Source: a virus. From it: a stretch of 57,190 bases of DNA. The notes beneath the pieces are model-generated. The model saw nothing but the letters and a program-made list of their open reading frames with translations. It did no database searches and was not told the origin of the DNA. Location: positions 1 to 57,190 of the IMG/VR virus record IMGVR_UViG_3300033183_000017; one strand, written 5' to 3'. This document shows positions 49,153 through 57,190 of this stretch, piece by piece; within the stretch, counting starts at the first letter, position 1, and every line of letters begins with the position of its first letter. Made by a program: the position numbers and the translations under genes.

Positions 49153-50805
49153 ATGGCAGACTATAATCCTTACACAGTAGGCTCATATCAACAAATGGCA
49201 GCGACTATGGCTCAGAGTGGCGGTGGTCGAAACATGAGTGGGCTTGGCGCTAGACCTAGTAACCAAACAGATACGCCAACAGGTACAGTAGACTTTACTA
49301 CTATTGATCCTACTACAGGGACGCAGATAGACGTAGCTACTATTGACTTCGGTGACGGTGGAGATAGCACACCTAATGTTATCTACGCTGCTGCTGCGAA
49401 TGCTGCCACACAAGCAGGTTCAGTCTTCGCACCACAAGGACCGATGGCTAATGCTATCAACCTGTACTCTATGCCTAACATGGTAGAGTCTGCATCAGAC
49501 TTTGTTTACCGTGCAGACCGTGACGATGCTATCACATCTGCTATCAGTGATGTACAAGCAGAAGAGCAAGAGCAAATCAACGCAGCTATTAGTTCTGTCA
49601 ACAGTGCTATCACCATGGGCAAGACAGATGCAGAGATTGCTGAAGCGTTCCTGAATGACATGGGTGGCTTTGGTAGTGATAAGCCTGACGAGACTGGTGG
49701 TTTCGGCGTACAAGGCACAACACTTAAAGATGTCACAGATACACAGCAAGGCTTAATGTCTAACCCGCAGCCTTTGTATGATTTCGCTGAAGAAATGGCT
49801 AACCCTAGCATCACTAAGTCAGAGTTACCACCTATGTCACCAGATGAACAGGCCGCACTAGGTGAAGCTATCCGTAAAGCAGCAGAAGATGGTACACTAT
49901 CTAGTAAGCTAAGTAACATCCAGTTTGTAAGTTTAGATGGTGATAGGACTGACCCCTCTTATTGGGATAGAGTGTTTGCGGGTGAGACTGACCCAGAGAC
50001 AGGACAAACAATTAAGTCTGCAGATGATGTAGCTAATGAGCGTATGTCTGAGATGGCATCACAAGGTTTGATGTCACGCCGTATGGATGGTAAAGACGGT
50101 GACTTGGCTGCGTCTGTTGCTCCTTTTAGCGTAAGCGAAGACGAGCTATACAACTTTGCTAAAGAGGCTTACCCTGACAATGATCTTGCAGCAGGTGCTT
50201 TACTAGCCACTATCGAAGCTGAAAGTGCAGGTGGTGACACTATGCTTGAGAGTGGTAACTATACTAAAGAAGCTGCACTTCGCGTTGCAAATCAAGGCGA
50301 GTTTAAAACAGCAAGAAAGAAAGAAGTAGAAAAGATTTTCAAAGACCCTGATCTTACCTATACAGATAGTAAGGGTAGAACACGCATGACAAAAGAAGGT
50401 CAAGTTAAGTTCTTTAATATATACTATAACGACAAGTACCGTGGCGAAAATTACAAACTAGGTAATACAGAAGAGGGGGATGGCTTTCGTTTCCGTGGAC
50501 GTGGGCCAATCCAACTCACAGGTAAAAACAACTACAAGAAGTATGGCGACATGATAGGGGTTGATCTAGTTCAAAACCCTCAACTAGTGGTCACTGATAA
50601 AGATGTAGCTCTTGCTGTCACTAAGGCGTTTATGAAGGACAAAGGCTTAGATAAGGTTAGCTCTGCTAAAGGATTGAGAGATATTGTAGGTCACGCGGAT
50701 GATGCCAAGCTAACTAAAGCAAAGGCACGTTGGAAGAGAGCGCAAGAAATAGAACGTCAGATTATGCGTGAAACTTCACCACGCCCCGTGCTAAGGCCAG
50801 AATAA
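49153..50805 (+). CDS. virion protein with C-terminal GH19 (chitinase-like) peptidoglycan hydrolase domain
   Basis: LLATIEAESAGG .. GDGFRFRGRGPIQLTGKNNYKKYG matches the GH19 catalytic-core pattern of phage lysins. ATG 49153 (MADYNPY). The track ORF extends to 48940. Confidence 0.75.
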   Translation: MADYNPYTVGSYQQMAATMAQSGGGRNMSGLGARPSNQTDTPTGTVDFTTIDPTTGTQIDVATIDFGDGGDSTPNVIYAAAANAATQAGSVFAPQGPMANAINLYSMPNMVESASDFVYRADRDDAITSAISDVQAEEQEQINAAISSVNSAITMGKTDAEIAEAFLNDMGGFGSDKPDETGGFGVQGTTLKDVTDTQQGLMSNPQPLYDFAEEMANPSITKSELPPMSPDEQAALGEAIRKAAEDGTLSSKLSNIQFVSLDGDRTDPSYWDRVFAGETDPETGQTIKSADDVANERMSEMASQGLMSRRMDGKDGDLAASVAPFSVSEDELYNFAKEAYPDNDLAAGALLATIEAESAGGDTMLESGNYTKEAALRVANQGEFKTARKKEVEKIFKDPDLTYTDSKGRTRMTKEGQVKFFNIYYNDKYRGENYKLGNTEEGDGFRFRGRGPIQLTGKNNYKKYGDMIGVDLVQNPQLVVTDKDVALAVTKAFMKDKGLDKVSSAKGLRDIVGHADDAKLTKAKARWKRAQEIERQIMRETSPRPVLRPE

Positions 50806-51251
50806 TGTTAGGATTACCCCTAGAACTCATCACCATGCTAGGCTCCACTGTATTAGGTGGGGTCATGAGCATTTGGGGCCAGAGTATAAAGGCCCGTCAA
50901 GCAGAGCAGAAGATGCTACTAGAACGTGCCAACGCTAATGCAGGGTTTGTACAGCAAGCACGTGAAGCAGGTAAGACAGATAAACACTTCGCATGGACAC
51001 GAAGACTTATTGCACTATCTGCTGTATTTGCTATTATTGTATTACCAAAACTAGTCGCTGTGTTTTACCCAGAAGTCGGCGTATACGTAGGATACACTGA
51101 GATTCAGACAGGGTTCTTCGACTTTATCTTTGGACCGGGTGAAGAAGTCATCAAGTGGAAATATGCACAAGGCTTCGTTATCACACCACTAGACACACAT
51201 ATTGTTTCAGCAATCGTAGGTTTGTACTTCGGTGCAGGATTTACTAAATAG
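50805..51251 (+). CDS. membrane protein (about 3 TM helices)
   Basis: Hydrophobic segments LITMLGSTVLGGVMSIW, LIALSAVFAIIVLPKLVAVF and IVSAIVGLYFGAGF. Confidence 0.6.
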   Translation: MLGLPLELITMLGSTVLGGVMSIWGQSIKARQAEQKMLLERANANAGFVQQAREAGKTDKHFAWTRRLIALSAVFAIIVLPKLVAVFYPEVGVYVGYTEIQTGFFDFIFGPGEEVIKWKYAQGFVITPLDTHIVSAIVGLYFGAGFTK

Positions 51252-51260
51252 GATACTACC

Positions 51261-51800
51261 ATGCCAATAGCAGGACCATTTGATAGACCAATTCCCGGCG
51301 AGTCACTGACAGGTGAACCCGGCAACAACCCGTGGGAACAACCCGCACAAATGTCAGACGCTAAAGAGGTAGCAGTATATTACCTAAAGCGTTTGAACAA
51401 CGATGATATTATCAACGACTTTGCTGCCATGCTTGAGGCAGGGGCAACGCTATCACCTATCGTAGAGACTGTATATCTACAGGGTGTTATGCGTGGGCTT
51501 CACTCACTAGACGCAGGACTCGTTGTAGCTCCTGTCATTCACCAGTTCTTGAAAGCAGCTATTGAAGACTTGGGCGTTACAGTTCGTGACACAGGCGACG
51601 ATCCTCAGAAGAAAGCTGAAGATGCAGAGATGCAGCGCTTCTTGATGGTTGCTAACTCCATGCTTGATAAAGAAACAACGGAAGCTCCTGATGCAGGAGA
51701 AGAGATGATGGAAGCGATGATTGCTACGCAGGAAGGAGAACCTGCAGAGGAAGAGGCACCGCAAGAAGATAAGCCAACGGGCTTGATGGCGAAAGGTTAA
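51261..51800 (+). CDS. acidic hypothetical/internal virion protein (179 aa)
   Basis: Track ORF. Confidence 0.55.
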   Translation: MPIAGPFDRPIPGESLTGEPGNNPWEQPAQMSDAKEVAVYYLKRLNNDDIINDFAAMLEAGATLSPIVETVYLQGVMRGLHSLDAGLVVAPVIHQFLKAAIEDLGVTVRDTGDDPQKKAEDAEMQRFLMVANSMLDKETTEAPDAGEEMMEAMIATQEGEPAEEEAPQEDKPTGLMAKG

Positions 51801-51804
51801 TATA

Positions 51805-53289
51805 ATGGCATTTGATCGTGAGGCATTTTTAGCGGGATTCTTAAACCAAGTATCTTCTGGTATAGCACAGAAGCGCGAAGAAGCAGAAGAGTACAAAGAG
51901 AAACAAGAAGCTGCGTTTGAACGTAACCAAAACCTTATCCGTACACGTAACGCACGTGCAAGTCAGGCTGTTAATCTAGGTCGTCAAGCACTAGAGTATT
52001 TACCAGAGGGTGGTAATTCTAAGGCGATGGTACGTACAGCCATGGCTTCTGGTATGACAGGCATACAAGAGTTTCGTGATAAACTAGCTAACGCACACGC
52101 TGAAGCAGGTCTTTCTGCAGGTGAGCGTCTATCTATCAACGATGTAGAAGCTATCATCAGTATGCCTAACATTCCTAGTATTGACCAGTCTCTGATTGAT
52201 ATGTCGTTAGAGCAGTTCGCTAAAGAGACATACGGTGTATCAGCTAAAGCAGCGCCAGTGACTGAAGATGAACCTAGCTTGATCGGTCAACTCTTTGGTG
52301 TTGGCGCTAAGGATCGTGTCAAGCGTGAGCTACGTGAAGAGCAAGCCTTTGAAGGTATGTCTATCGCTGATGTAAATGCTGCAGCACGGATGAATGAGTT
52401 CAATTCTCTTATTCCTAACGCTGTCATGTCATTCTCAGAGATGGAACGCTTCGGGCGCAATGACGGTATCAAGTTCTCACGTACTATCGCAGACGAGTAT
52501 GATACTGCAAAGGTAAGCAGAACAGCAGATGATGCAGCACTGAAAGCTAGAACTGCTGTGCTTGAAGCTTACGAAGCTCAACCCGGTGTCAACGCACCAG
52601 AAGAAGAACTAGAACGTGCAGAAGAGATGGCACGTACAGCTTACGCTCAAGGTGTTATCAAGCGTCTGATTGAAACAGAGGCGGGTATCTACGGTGAGAT
52701 GCTACTGAATAACAGTATAGCTGCAGCCCAAATCAAAGAGCTTATGGGTGAATCTTACTACTTTAATCTTTATGACGACTACAACCCTGTCACAGAAGAA
52801 GAGAAAGAAGCTGTAGGACTAGGGCTAGGACCATCAAGTAGAAGTGGTCGTCGAGGTATGAGAGAGCAAGAGGAAACTACTACTCCAGAAACAACAGAAG
52901 AAACCCCAACTACAGAAGAACCTGAAGTAGAACCTGAAGAACCTACTGTTACAGAGGATGAAACACCTGCTGCAGATGGGCGTTATCCGTCACAAACAAA
53001 AAAAGTTAAACCTATTAACTTGGATGAAGCTCCGGGTTTCTTCCCACTATCTGAATATCGTAAGTGGAAGAATGACAACGAAGGTAAGTATGACTTAGAG
53101 ACAGGTGATCCTATCTACGTAAGACCTAGACCCCCAGAAGGTGGGCCTAAGAAACGCTACCCATTATTCCCCGGCTCAACGTCATCACGTAAGACAGAGC
53201 CTATGACAGATGCAGAGTACTGGGATATGCAACATGCAGATACGCATGAAGCTACAGGTTATCCTAAAGGCGCAGAGTTTATAGAGTAA
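51805..53289 (+). CDS. internal virion protein (putative, 494 aa)
   Basis: Track ORF in the late cluster. It is charged and has an E/T/P-rich linker. Confidence 0.55.
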   Translation: MAFDREAFLAGFLNQVSSGIAQKREEAEEYKEKQEAAFERNQNLIRTRNARASQAVNLGRQALEYLPEGGNSKAMVRTAMASGMTGIQEFRDKLANAHAEAGLSAGERLSINDVEAIISMPNIPSIDQSLIDMSLEQFAKETYGVSAKAAPVTEDEPSLIGQLFGVGAKDRVKRELREEQAFEGMSIADVNAAARMNEFNSLIPNAVMSFSEMERFGRNDGIKFSRTIADEYDTAKVSRTADDAALKARTAVLEAYEAQPGVNAPEEELERAEEMARTAYAQGVIKRLIETEAGIYGEMLLNNSIAAAQIKELMGESYYFNLYDDYNPVTEEEKEAVGLGLGPSSRSGRRGMREQEETTTPETTEETPTTEEPEVEPEEPTVTEDETPAADGRYPSQTKKVKPINLDEAPGFFPLSEYRKWKNDNEGKYDLETGDPIYVRPRPPEGGPKKRYPLFPGSTSSRKTEPMTDAEYWDMQHADTHEATGYPKGAEFIE

Positions 53290-53298
53290 GGTATTTAG

Positions 53299-56200
53299 AT
53301 GGACTATTACGAAGTACAAAACTTCATGAACAACTTGGGTGTCTCAGAGCGTAAACCAGAAGAACCACTTACGTTTGACCCTGATGTGTCTCTTACTGTT
53401 GATGATCTTAAAAGTAACTACCAGTACGTTAACCCTATCCGTGAATACATGATTGCGCGTAAGGGTGTTGACTACAAGAATAAGTCAGACGAACAGGTTG
53501 TTGATGATTTCGTTAAGCAGATGCGTTACTTCAACGCTAACACTGTATCAACAGCAGGTGAGGTACGTTTCGTAAGTAAAGCTAGTGAACGCCAGAAAGA
53601 GGCCGCACGTAAAGCTTACCAAATCTACGATCAACTTGGTAACGTCTTTGTCAACGATGGCTTGATGGGTGCTGTGTCTGGTGTAGGTGACTACGTATTT
53701 GCTGCAGCTAAAGACCCTACTAACTATCTAGGTTTACTTACTGGTGGTATAGGACGTGCAGCAGCAGCAGGTGCGCAGGTAACAGGACGTACGGCTGTTA
53801 AGGCTGCAGTACAACGCGCAGGACGGGAAGCCCTTAAGAGTGGTGCAACTAGGAAAGCAGCACAAGACGCGGCACGTAAGGCAGGTAAAGAAGCAGCAGC
53901 ACGTGCAGCAGCGCAGGGTATGTCAACACGCCGTGTCAAAGGTGTGTACGACACTGTATATGGCAAGGTAGCAGAAGAAGCTAAACGTGCTATGGCTAAG
54001 GATGCCATGAAGTCTAAGCAGAAAGAGTTGTTCGAGACTGCAGCAACACGCTCACTGAAACAGACTGTAGCACTTGATGCTGTAGCGGCTGTGTATCAGG
54101 ATGTAGCAGCCCAACAAGTTCTCTTGGATGTAGGCGCACAAGAAGAATATAGCAAAGCACAGACCGCTTTCTCTGCTCTCTTAGGTGGTGTAGCAGGTGG
54201 CGCTCAACTAGCAGCACGTAAGTTTAATCCTGACTCTGGATTAGCAGACACTCGTACAGAAGTAGAGAAGCTTGCTGAGAAGACTATCGAAGAGTATGCA
54301 CCTATCCTAAAGAAGAAGGACACTCCTGCAGCAGCAAAGGCTATACGCAAGGCTGCAGACAAGTGGAACGCTAAGGTAGATAAAGGTCAGCTTGGTAAGG
54401 GTGTGATTGATGATTCTCAGCTAATCAAAGAGATCATGTTCGGTGATGAACCCGGGAAGATCGGTGGCCTTGCAGGACTCTTCAAAGAGAAGGGCTACAA
54501 GATTGGTAAAGAGATTCACATTTCTGATGTCATGACAAACGTAGCTAACTCACTTACACCCAAAGAACTTGAAGAGATCAACAAGGTTATGGGTAAGCAT
54601 ACAGGCTTCCAGTTCGGTGACCTTACAGGATCACGTGTTAAGCTTGGTGATCTTATGGCTGCACGTATGAGTGAAGCAGGTAAGACACTTAACGTTGCAT
54701 CTCAGATGCGTAAGCTACTTGATTCAGGGCTATTAGCTGCAGAATCTAAGATCAAAAAGCAAGCTGATTCGATTGACGAGGCTGAAGAGAAAGCAGCTAA
54801 GGCTGCATCACCTCTACGCTACGGTCAGTCAGTATGGAAACGCCTACTTGTTTCATCTCCTGCTACTACCGCTTTGAACGTTGCAGGTTTTGGTCAGTAT
54901 TACGTAGGTCAGACTATCGCTGACTTGTTTAGTTCTACTGCCTTGATGACACAGGGCTTGGCTCAGATGACTGTCAATCGTGCAGCAGCACAAGAGAGTT
55001 TCCGTCAAGCCCGTGCGCTGGGTACACTACAGGTGCAGAAGATTCGTAACCTACTAGACCCTTACACCACACACGATGCGTACATGAACTTCCTTAACGA
55101 TCCTGACAACGAGAAGGTACGCAAGATGTTGTTTGAAACCTTGTCAGGCGGTGTCGAGGCAGGTGCTAAGCGTAATGGCCTAGACCCTAACAACCCTGCA
55201 TTCCGTAACGTAGAAGCTTTCACAACAGCGATGAACCAGATCACAGGTGTACGTATTCAGGATACCTTTACTAAGTCACAGATGTTCATGAACGAGATGG
55301 ACAAGTACCTGCGACTCAAGAAAGGTACGACTCTGAAAGAAGCACTACTATCTGACGAAGCTTTTGATGAAGAGGTTATTCAAGGCGCACTAGATACAAC
55401 ACTCAAGTCTGTATTCTCTAAAGACTACACTACAGATGAACAGCCAGAGCTTGTACGCCAGTTAGCAGGTGGTGTTGAATACTTATCTAACCTACCGGGA
55501 TTTGGTACGATTCTACCCTTTGGTCGTTTCTTCAACAACGTTCTAGCTACAGCATACCAGTGGTCACCACTAGCTGCGCCAGAGCTACTGATGAAACCTT
55601 TCTACAAACGTGCAGTAAAAACAGAGCCTGATCTAACAGAGATGGAAGCTTACTCACGCATGGTGGTAGGTACTACTGCGCTTATATTAGCCATGGAGTA
55701 TGACACAGAGCGTAGAGAAAAAGGTTTAGGTGTATTTGATGTAGACGCAGGTGGCGGTACTATCATCGACGCTAAGAACACATACCCATTCTCAGCATTC
55801 CTTGCTGCAGGTCGTATCCTTAACATGAAGCGTAACGACGAGAACGTACCACCAGAGTTGCTACAGGAACTAGGTACACAGTTGGCTGTTGGTCAGCTTG
55901 CACGTGACGCACAGTTCGGTAACGACATGAACAATCTACTAGACGTGCTTATCAACGCAGACGAGGGCGCACGTGGTGCATCTATTGATGGCTTTGCTAG
56001 AGTGTTCGGTAACTTTGCTGCGGGTTTCACACGCCCACTAGACGCAATCAACAAGACAGTTGGTTTCGCCATGGGTACTGACACAGCAAAAGATGTACGT
56101 CAGGCTGATACCATGGGCTTGTTCACTCAGTCAGCTACTAAGTACTTCGACAATATCCTTGAGGCGTTCATCGACAAGACGGACACCATCACAGGTGAAG

Positions 56201-56739
56201 ACTTGCGCGTAGCTACAAGAGAGGGAGATGTCTACGATGCTAACCCGTTTGCTAGAATATTCGGTCTTACAATCAAGCAAGGGAGAACAGCCGCAGAAAC
56301 CGCATACTCCATGTCTGAAATGCAGCCTTGGACTGCCAACGAGCGCTCAAAACTTCCTGCGTATGATAGAGCCTTCAACGCCATGCTTGCGCCGTTGCTT
56401 GAAAGACAAACGCAACTTCTGTTAAACAGTGATGAGTTCCAGAAAGGTGACTTGACTGCTAGACGTGCCATGCTGAAGAACGTAATGCGTGGTGCTAAGA
56501 AGCAGATACGTGAACGCATGGACAAGGGCTACACCACAGGCGAGAACGTCAAGCTCCGCATGATTGCCAAGGCTAATAGGATAGGCGACAAAGAGATCAG
56601 ACGCGAAGCAGCCAAGGCCATGAAAGAAAAGTTTGGCATAGATGGTAGCTTAGACGACTACACATTCGCAGAGCTAGACCTGTTTATGGAATACGCAGAA
56701 TTTCTCAACGAAGCTTACAAAGAAGCATCAACATTCTAA
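53299..56739 (+). CDS. large internal virion/ejection protein (putative, 1146 aa)
   Basis: It is the largest ORF and the last gene of the rightward arm. This position and size are typical of podovirus core proteins, with no motif-level proof. Confidence 0.6.
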   Translation: MDYYEVQNFMNNLGVSERKPEEPLTFDPDVSLTVDDLKSNYQYVNPIREYMIARKGVDYKNKSDEQVVDDFVKQMRYFNANTVSTAGEVRFVSKASERQKEAARKAYQIYDQLGNVFVNDGLMGAVSGVGDYVFAAAKDPTNYLGLLTGGIGRAAAAGAQVTGRTAVKAAVQRAGREALKSGATRKAAQDAARKAGKEAAARAAAQGMSTRRVKGVYDTVYGKVAEEAKRAMAKDAMKSKQKELFETAATRSLKQTVALDAVAAVYQDVAAQQVLLDVGAQEEYSKAQTAFSALLGGVAGGAQLAARKFNPDSGLADTRTEVEKLAEKTIEEYAPILKKKDTPAAAKAIRKAADKWNAKVDKGQLGKGVIDDSQLIKEIMFGDEPGKIGGLAGLFKEKGYKIGKEIHISDVMTNVANSLTPKELEEINKVMGKHTGFQFGDLTGSRVKLGDLMAARMSEAGKTLNVASQMRKLLDSGLLAAESKIKKQADSIDEAEEKAAKAASPLRYGQSVWKRLLVSSPATTALNVAGFGQYYVGQTIADLFSSTALMTQGLAQMTVNRAAAQESFRQARALGTLQVQKIRNLLDPYTTHDAYMNFLNDPDNEKVRKMLFETLSGGVEAGAKRNGLDPNNPAFRNVEAFTTAMNQITGVRIQDTFTKSQMFMNEMDKYLRLKKGTTLKEALLSDEAFDEEVIQGALDTTLKSVFSKDYTTDEQPELVRQLAGGVEYLSNLPGFGTILPFGRFFNNVLATAYQWSPLAAPELLMKPFYKRAVKTEPDLTEMEAYSRMVVGTTALILAMEYDTERREKGLGVFDVDAGGGTIIDAKNTYPFSAFLAAGRILNMKRNDENVPPELLQELGTQLAVGQLARDAQFGNDMNNLLDVLINADEGARGASIDGFARVFGNFAAGFTRPLDAINKTVGFAMGTDTAKDVRQADTMGLFTQSATKYFDNILEAFIDKTDTITGEDLRVATREGDVYDANPFARIFGLTIKQGRTAAETAYSMSEMQPWTANERSKLPAYDRAFNAMLAPLLERQTQLLLNSDEFQKGDLTARRAMLKNVMRGAKKQIRERMDKGYTTGENVKLRMIAKANRIGDKEIRREAAKAMKEKFGIDGSLDDYTFAELDLFMEYAEFLNEAYKEASTF

Positions 56740-56745
56740 AGAAAG

Positions 56746-56773
56746 AGGGGCCGAATGGCCCCTTTACTTTTTT
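56746..56773. terminator. bidirectional rho-independent terminator where the two arms converge
   Basis: AGGGGCC-GAAT-GGCCCCT is followed by TTTACTTTTTT on the plus strand. It is preceded by AAAGAAAG, which gives a T-run on the minus strand. Confidence 0.75.
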
Positions 56774-56973
56774 ATACCGTGACTGTCTGCCGCTAACCTA
56801 GCCCACATCATAGCCTCTATAAGTCGCTCCCTTGCGTTCTCTCTTTGCTCACACTCATACAAGTTATCAAAGATGTAAGTGTCCAGATTATTTACTGCCT
56901 CACGTAGACCTGCGCTGAACTGCTTCTTCTTAGCTTCAACAAAGTCGTGCGCTTCTAGTTCAATCTTTTTCAC
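56764..56973 (-). CDS. last gene of the leftward arm, hypothetical protein (69 aa)
   Basis: Track ORF with a GTG start that overlaps the endonuclease VII-like stop. Confidence 0.5.
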   Translation of the reverse strand: MKKIELEAHDFVEAKKKQFSAGLREAVNNLDTYIFDNLYECEQRENARERLIEAMMWARLAADSHGIKK

Positions 56974-57190
56974 TCTTTACTTTCCTTAGATATTCTAGCG
57001 CCATGCTGACGCCTATTAGAGTATCCCCTAGCATTCCTATGCCTCTGTTACAAGGGTCACATATGTGGCCTCTGTATTCGCCTGTTTCGTGGTCGTGATC
57101 TAGCACTAGCTTACCCATACGTGTATCTTCTGCAGCTACCCCACAACACTCGCAATTACCATGAGCTTTATGTCCATGCTCTTTTTGTAA
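56960..57190 (-). CDS. Endonuclease VII-type nuclease, 3' part (57050..57190 duplicates 1..141)
   Basis: The same reading frame continues ..CDPCNRGIGMLGDTLIGVSMALEYLRKVKSEKD to a TGA stop at 56960..56962. It overlaps the GTG start of the next gene. Confidence 0.75.
   Translation of the reverse strand, partial: LQKEHGHKAHGNCECCGVAAEDTRMGKLVLDHDHETGEYRGHICDPCNRGIGMLGDTLIGVSMALEYLRKVKSEKD
57050..57190. repeat. Terminal direct repeat copy 2 (identical to 1..141)
   Basis: Same comparison as copy 1. Confidence 0.95.

Noticed and set aside
1-57190. tRNA, rRNA, phage RNA polymerase, reverse transcriptase/retron or DGR components
   Set aside because: Reading the intergenic regions and the ORF set turned up no cloverleaf-like sequence, no large RNAP-like ORF and no RT motif (YxDD). 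A tRNAscan/cmscan run would be needed to exclude small RNAs formally.

Overview
The window is a complete, circularly closed phage genome. Bases 1..141 are identical to 57050..57190, giving a unique length of 57,049 bp, and an endonuclease VII-type gene reads straight across the junction. Two arms diverge from a ~1.5 kb non-coding control region (17728..19241) and converge on a bidirectional terminator near 56750.

The leftward (minus) arm runs 17727 down to 1 and wraps to 56764. It carries small early genes and a T7-like replication and nucleotide-metabolism module:
- primase, DnaB/gp4-like helicase, and a family A DNA polymerase with a DnaJ-type zinc-finger insertion
- a gp2.5-like SSB candidate, a Cas4-like exonuclease and a T7 endonuclease I-like resolvase
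- a class II-type ribonucleotide reductase, glutaredoxin, MazG and a ThyX with a variant KHK motif
- a tyrosine integrase, a compact C5-methyltransferase-like protein and a 2OG-Fe(II) oxygenase

The rightward (plus) arm runs 19242 to 56739. It carries:
- three tandem paralogs of an unassigned family
- a four-gene envelope-targeted cassette
- a run of tiny lysine-rich proteins around a second 2OG oxygenase, and a DUF1127 mini-protein
- TerS/TerL, portal, scaffold and major capsid
- two tail-fibre plus glycine-rich-protein modules and tubular-tail-like proteins
- large internal virion proteins, one with a GH19 muramidase domain

I saw no phage RNA polymerase, tRNA, rRNA or CRISPR array. Transcription appears to use host sigma70-like promoters of the form TTGAC(A/T)-N16/17-TA(C/T)AAC.

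The control region is the most unusual part of the window. It holds an AT-rich block, TTGTTC iterons flanking a GC-rich alternating purine/pyrimidine tract, long-stem hairpins, a G4 motif, and a GTGTTAC-repeat leader with an attenuator-like hairpin.

Gene content resembles HMO-2011-type marine podoviruses. That is from memory and no database search was possible.
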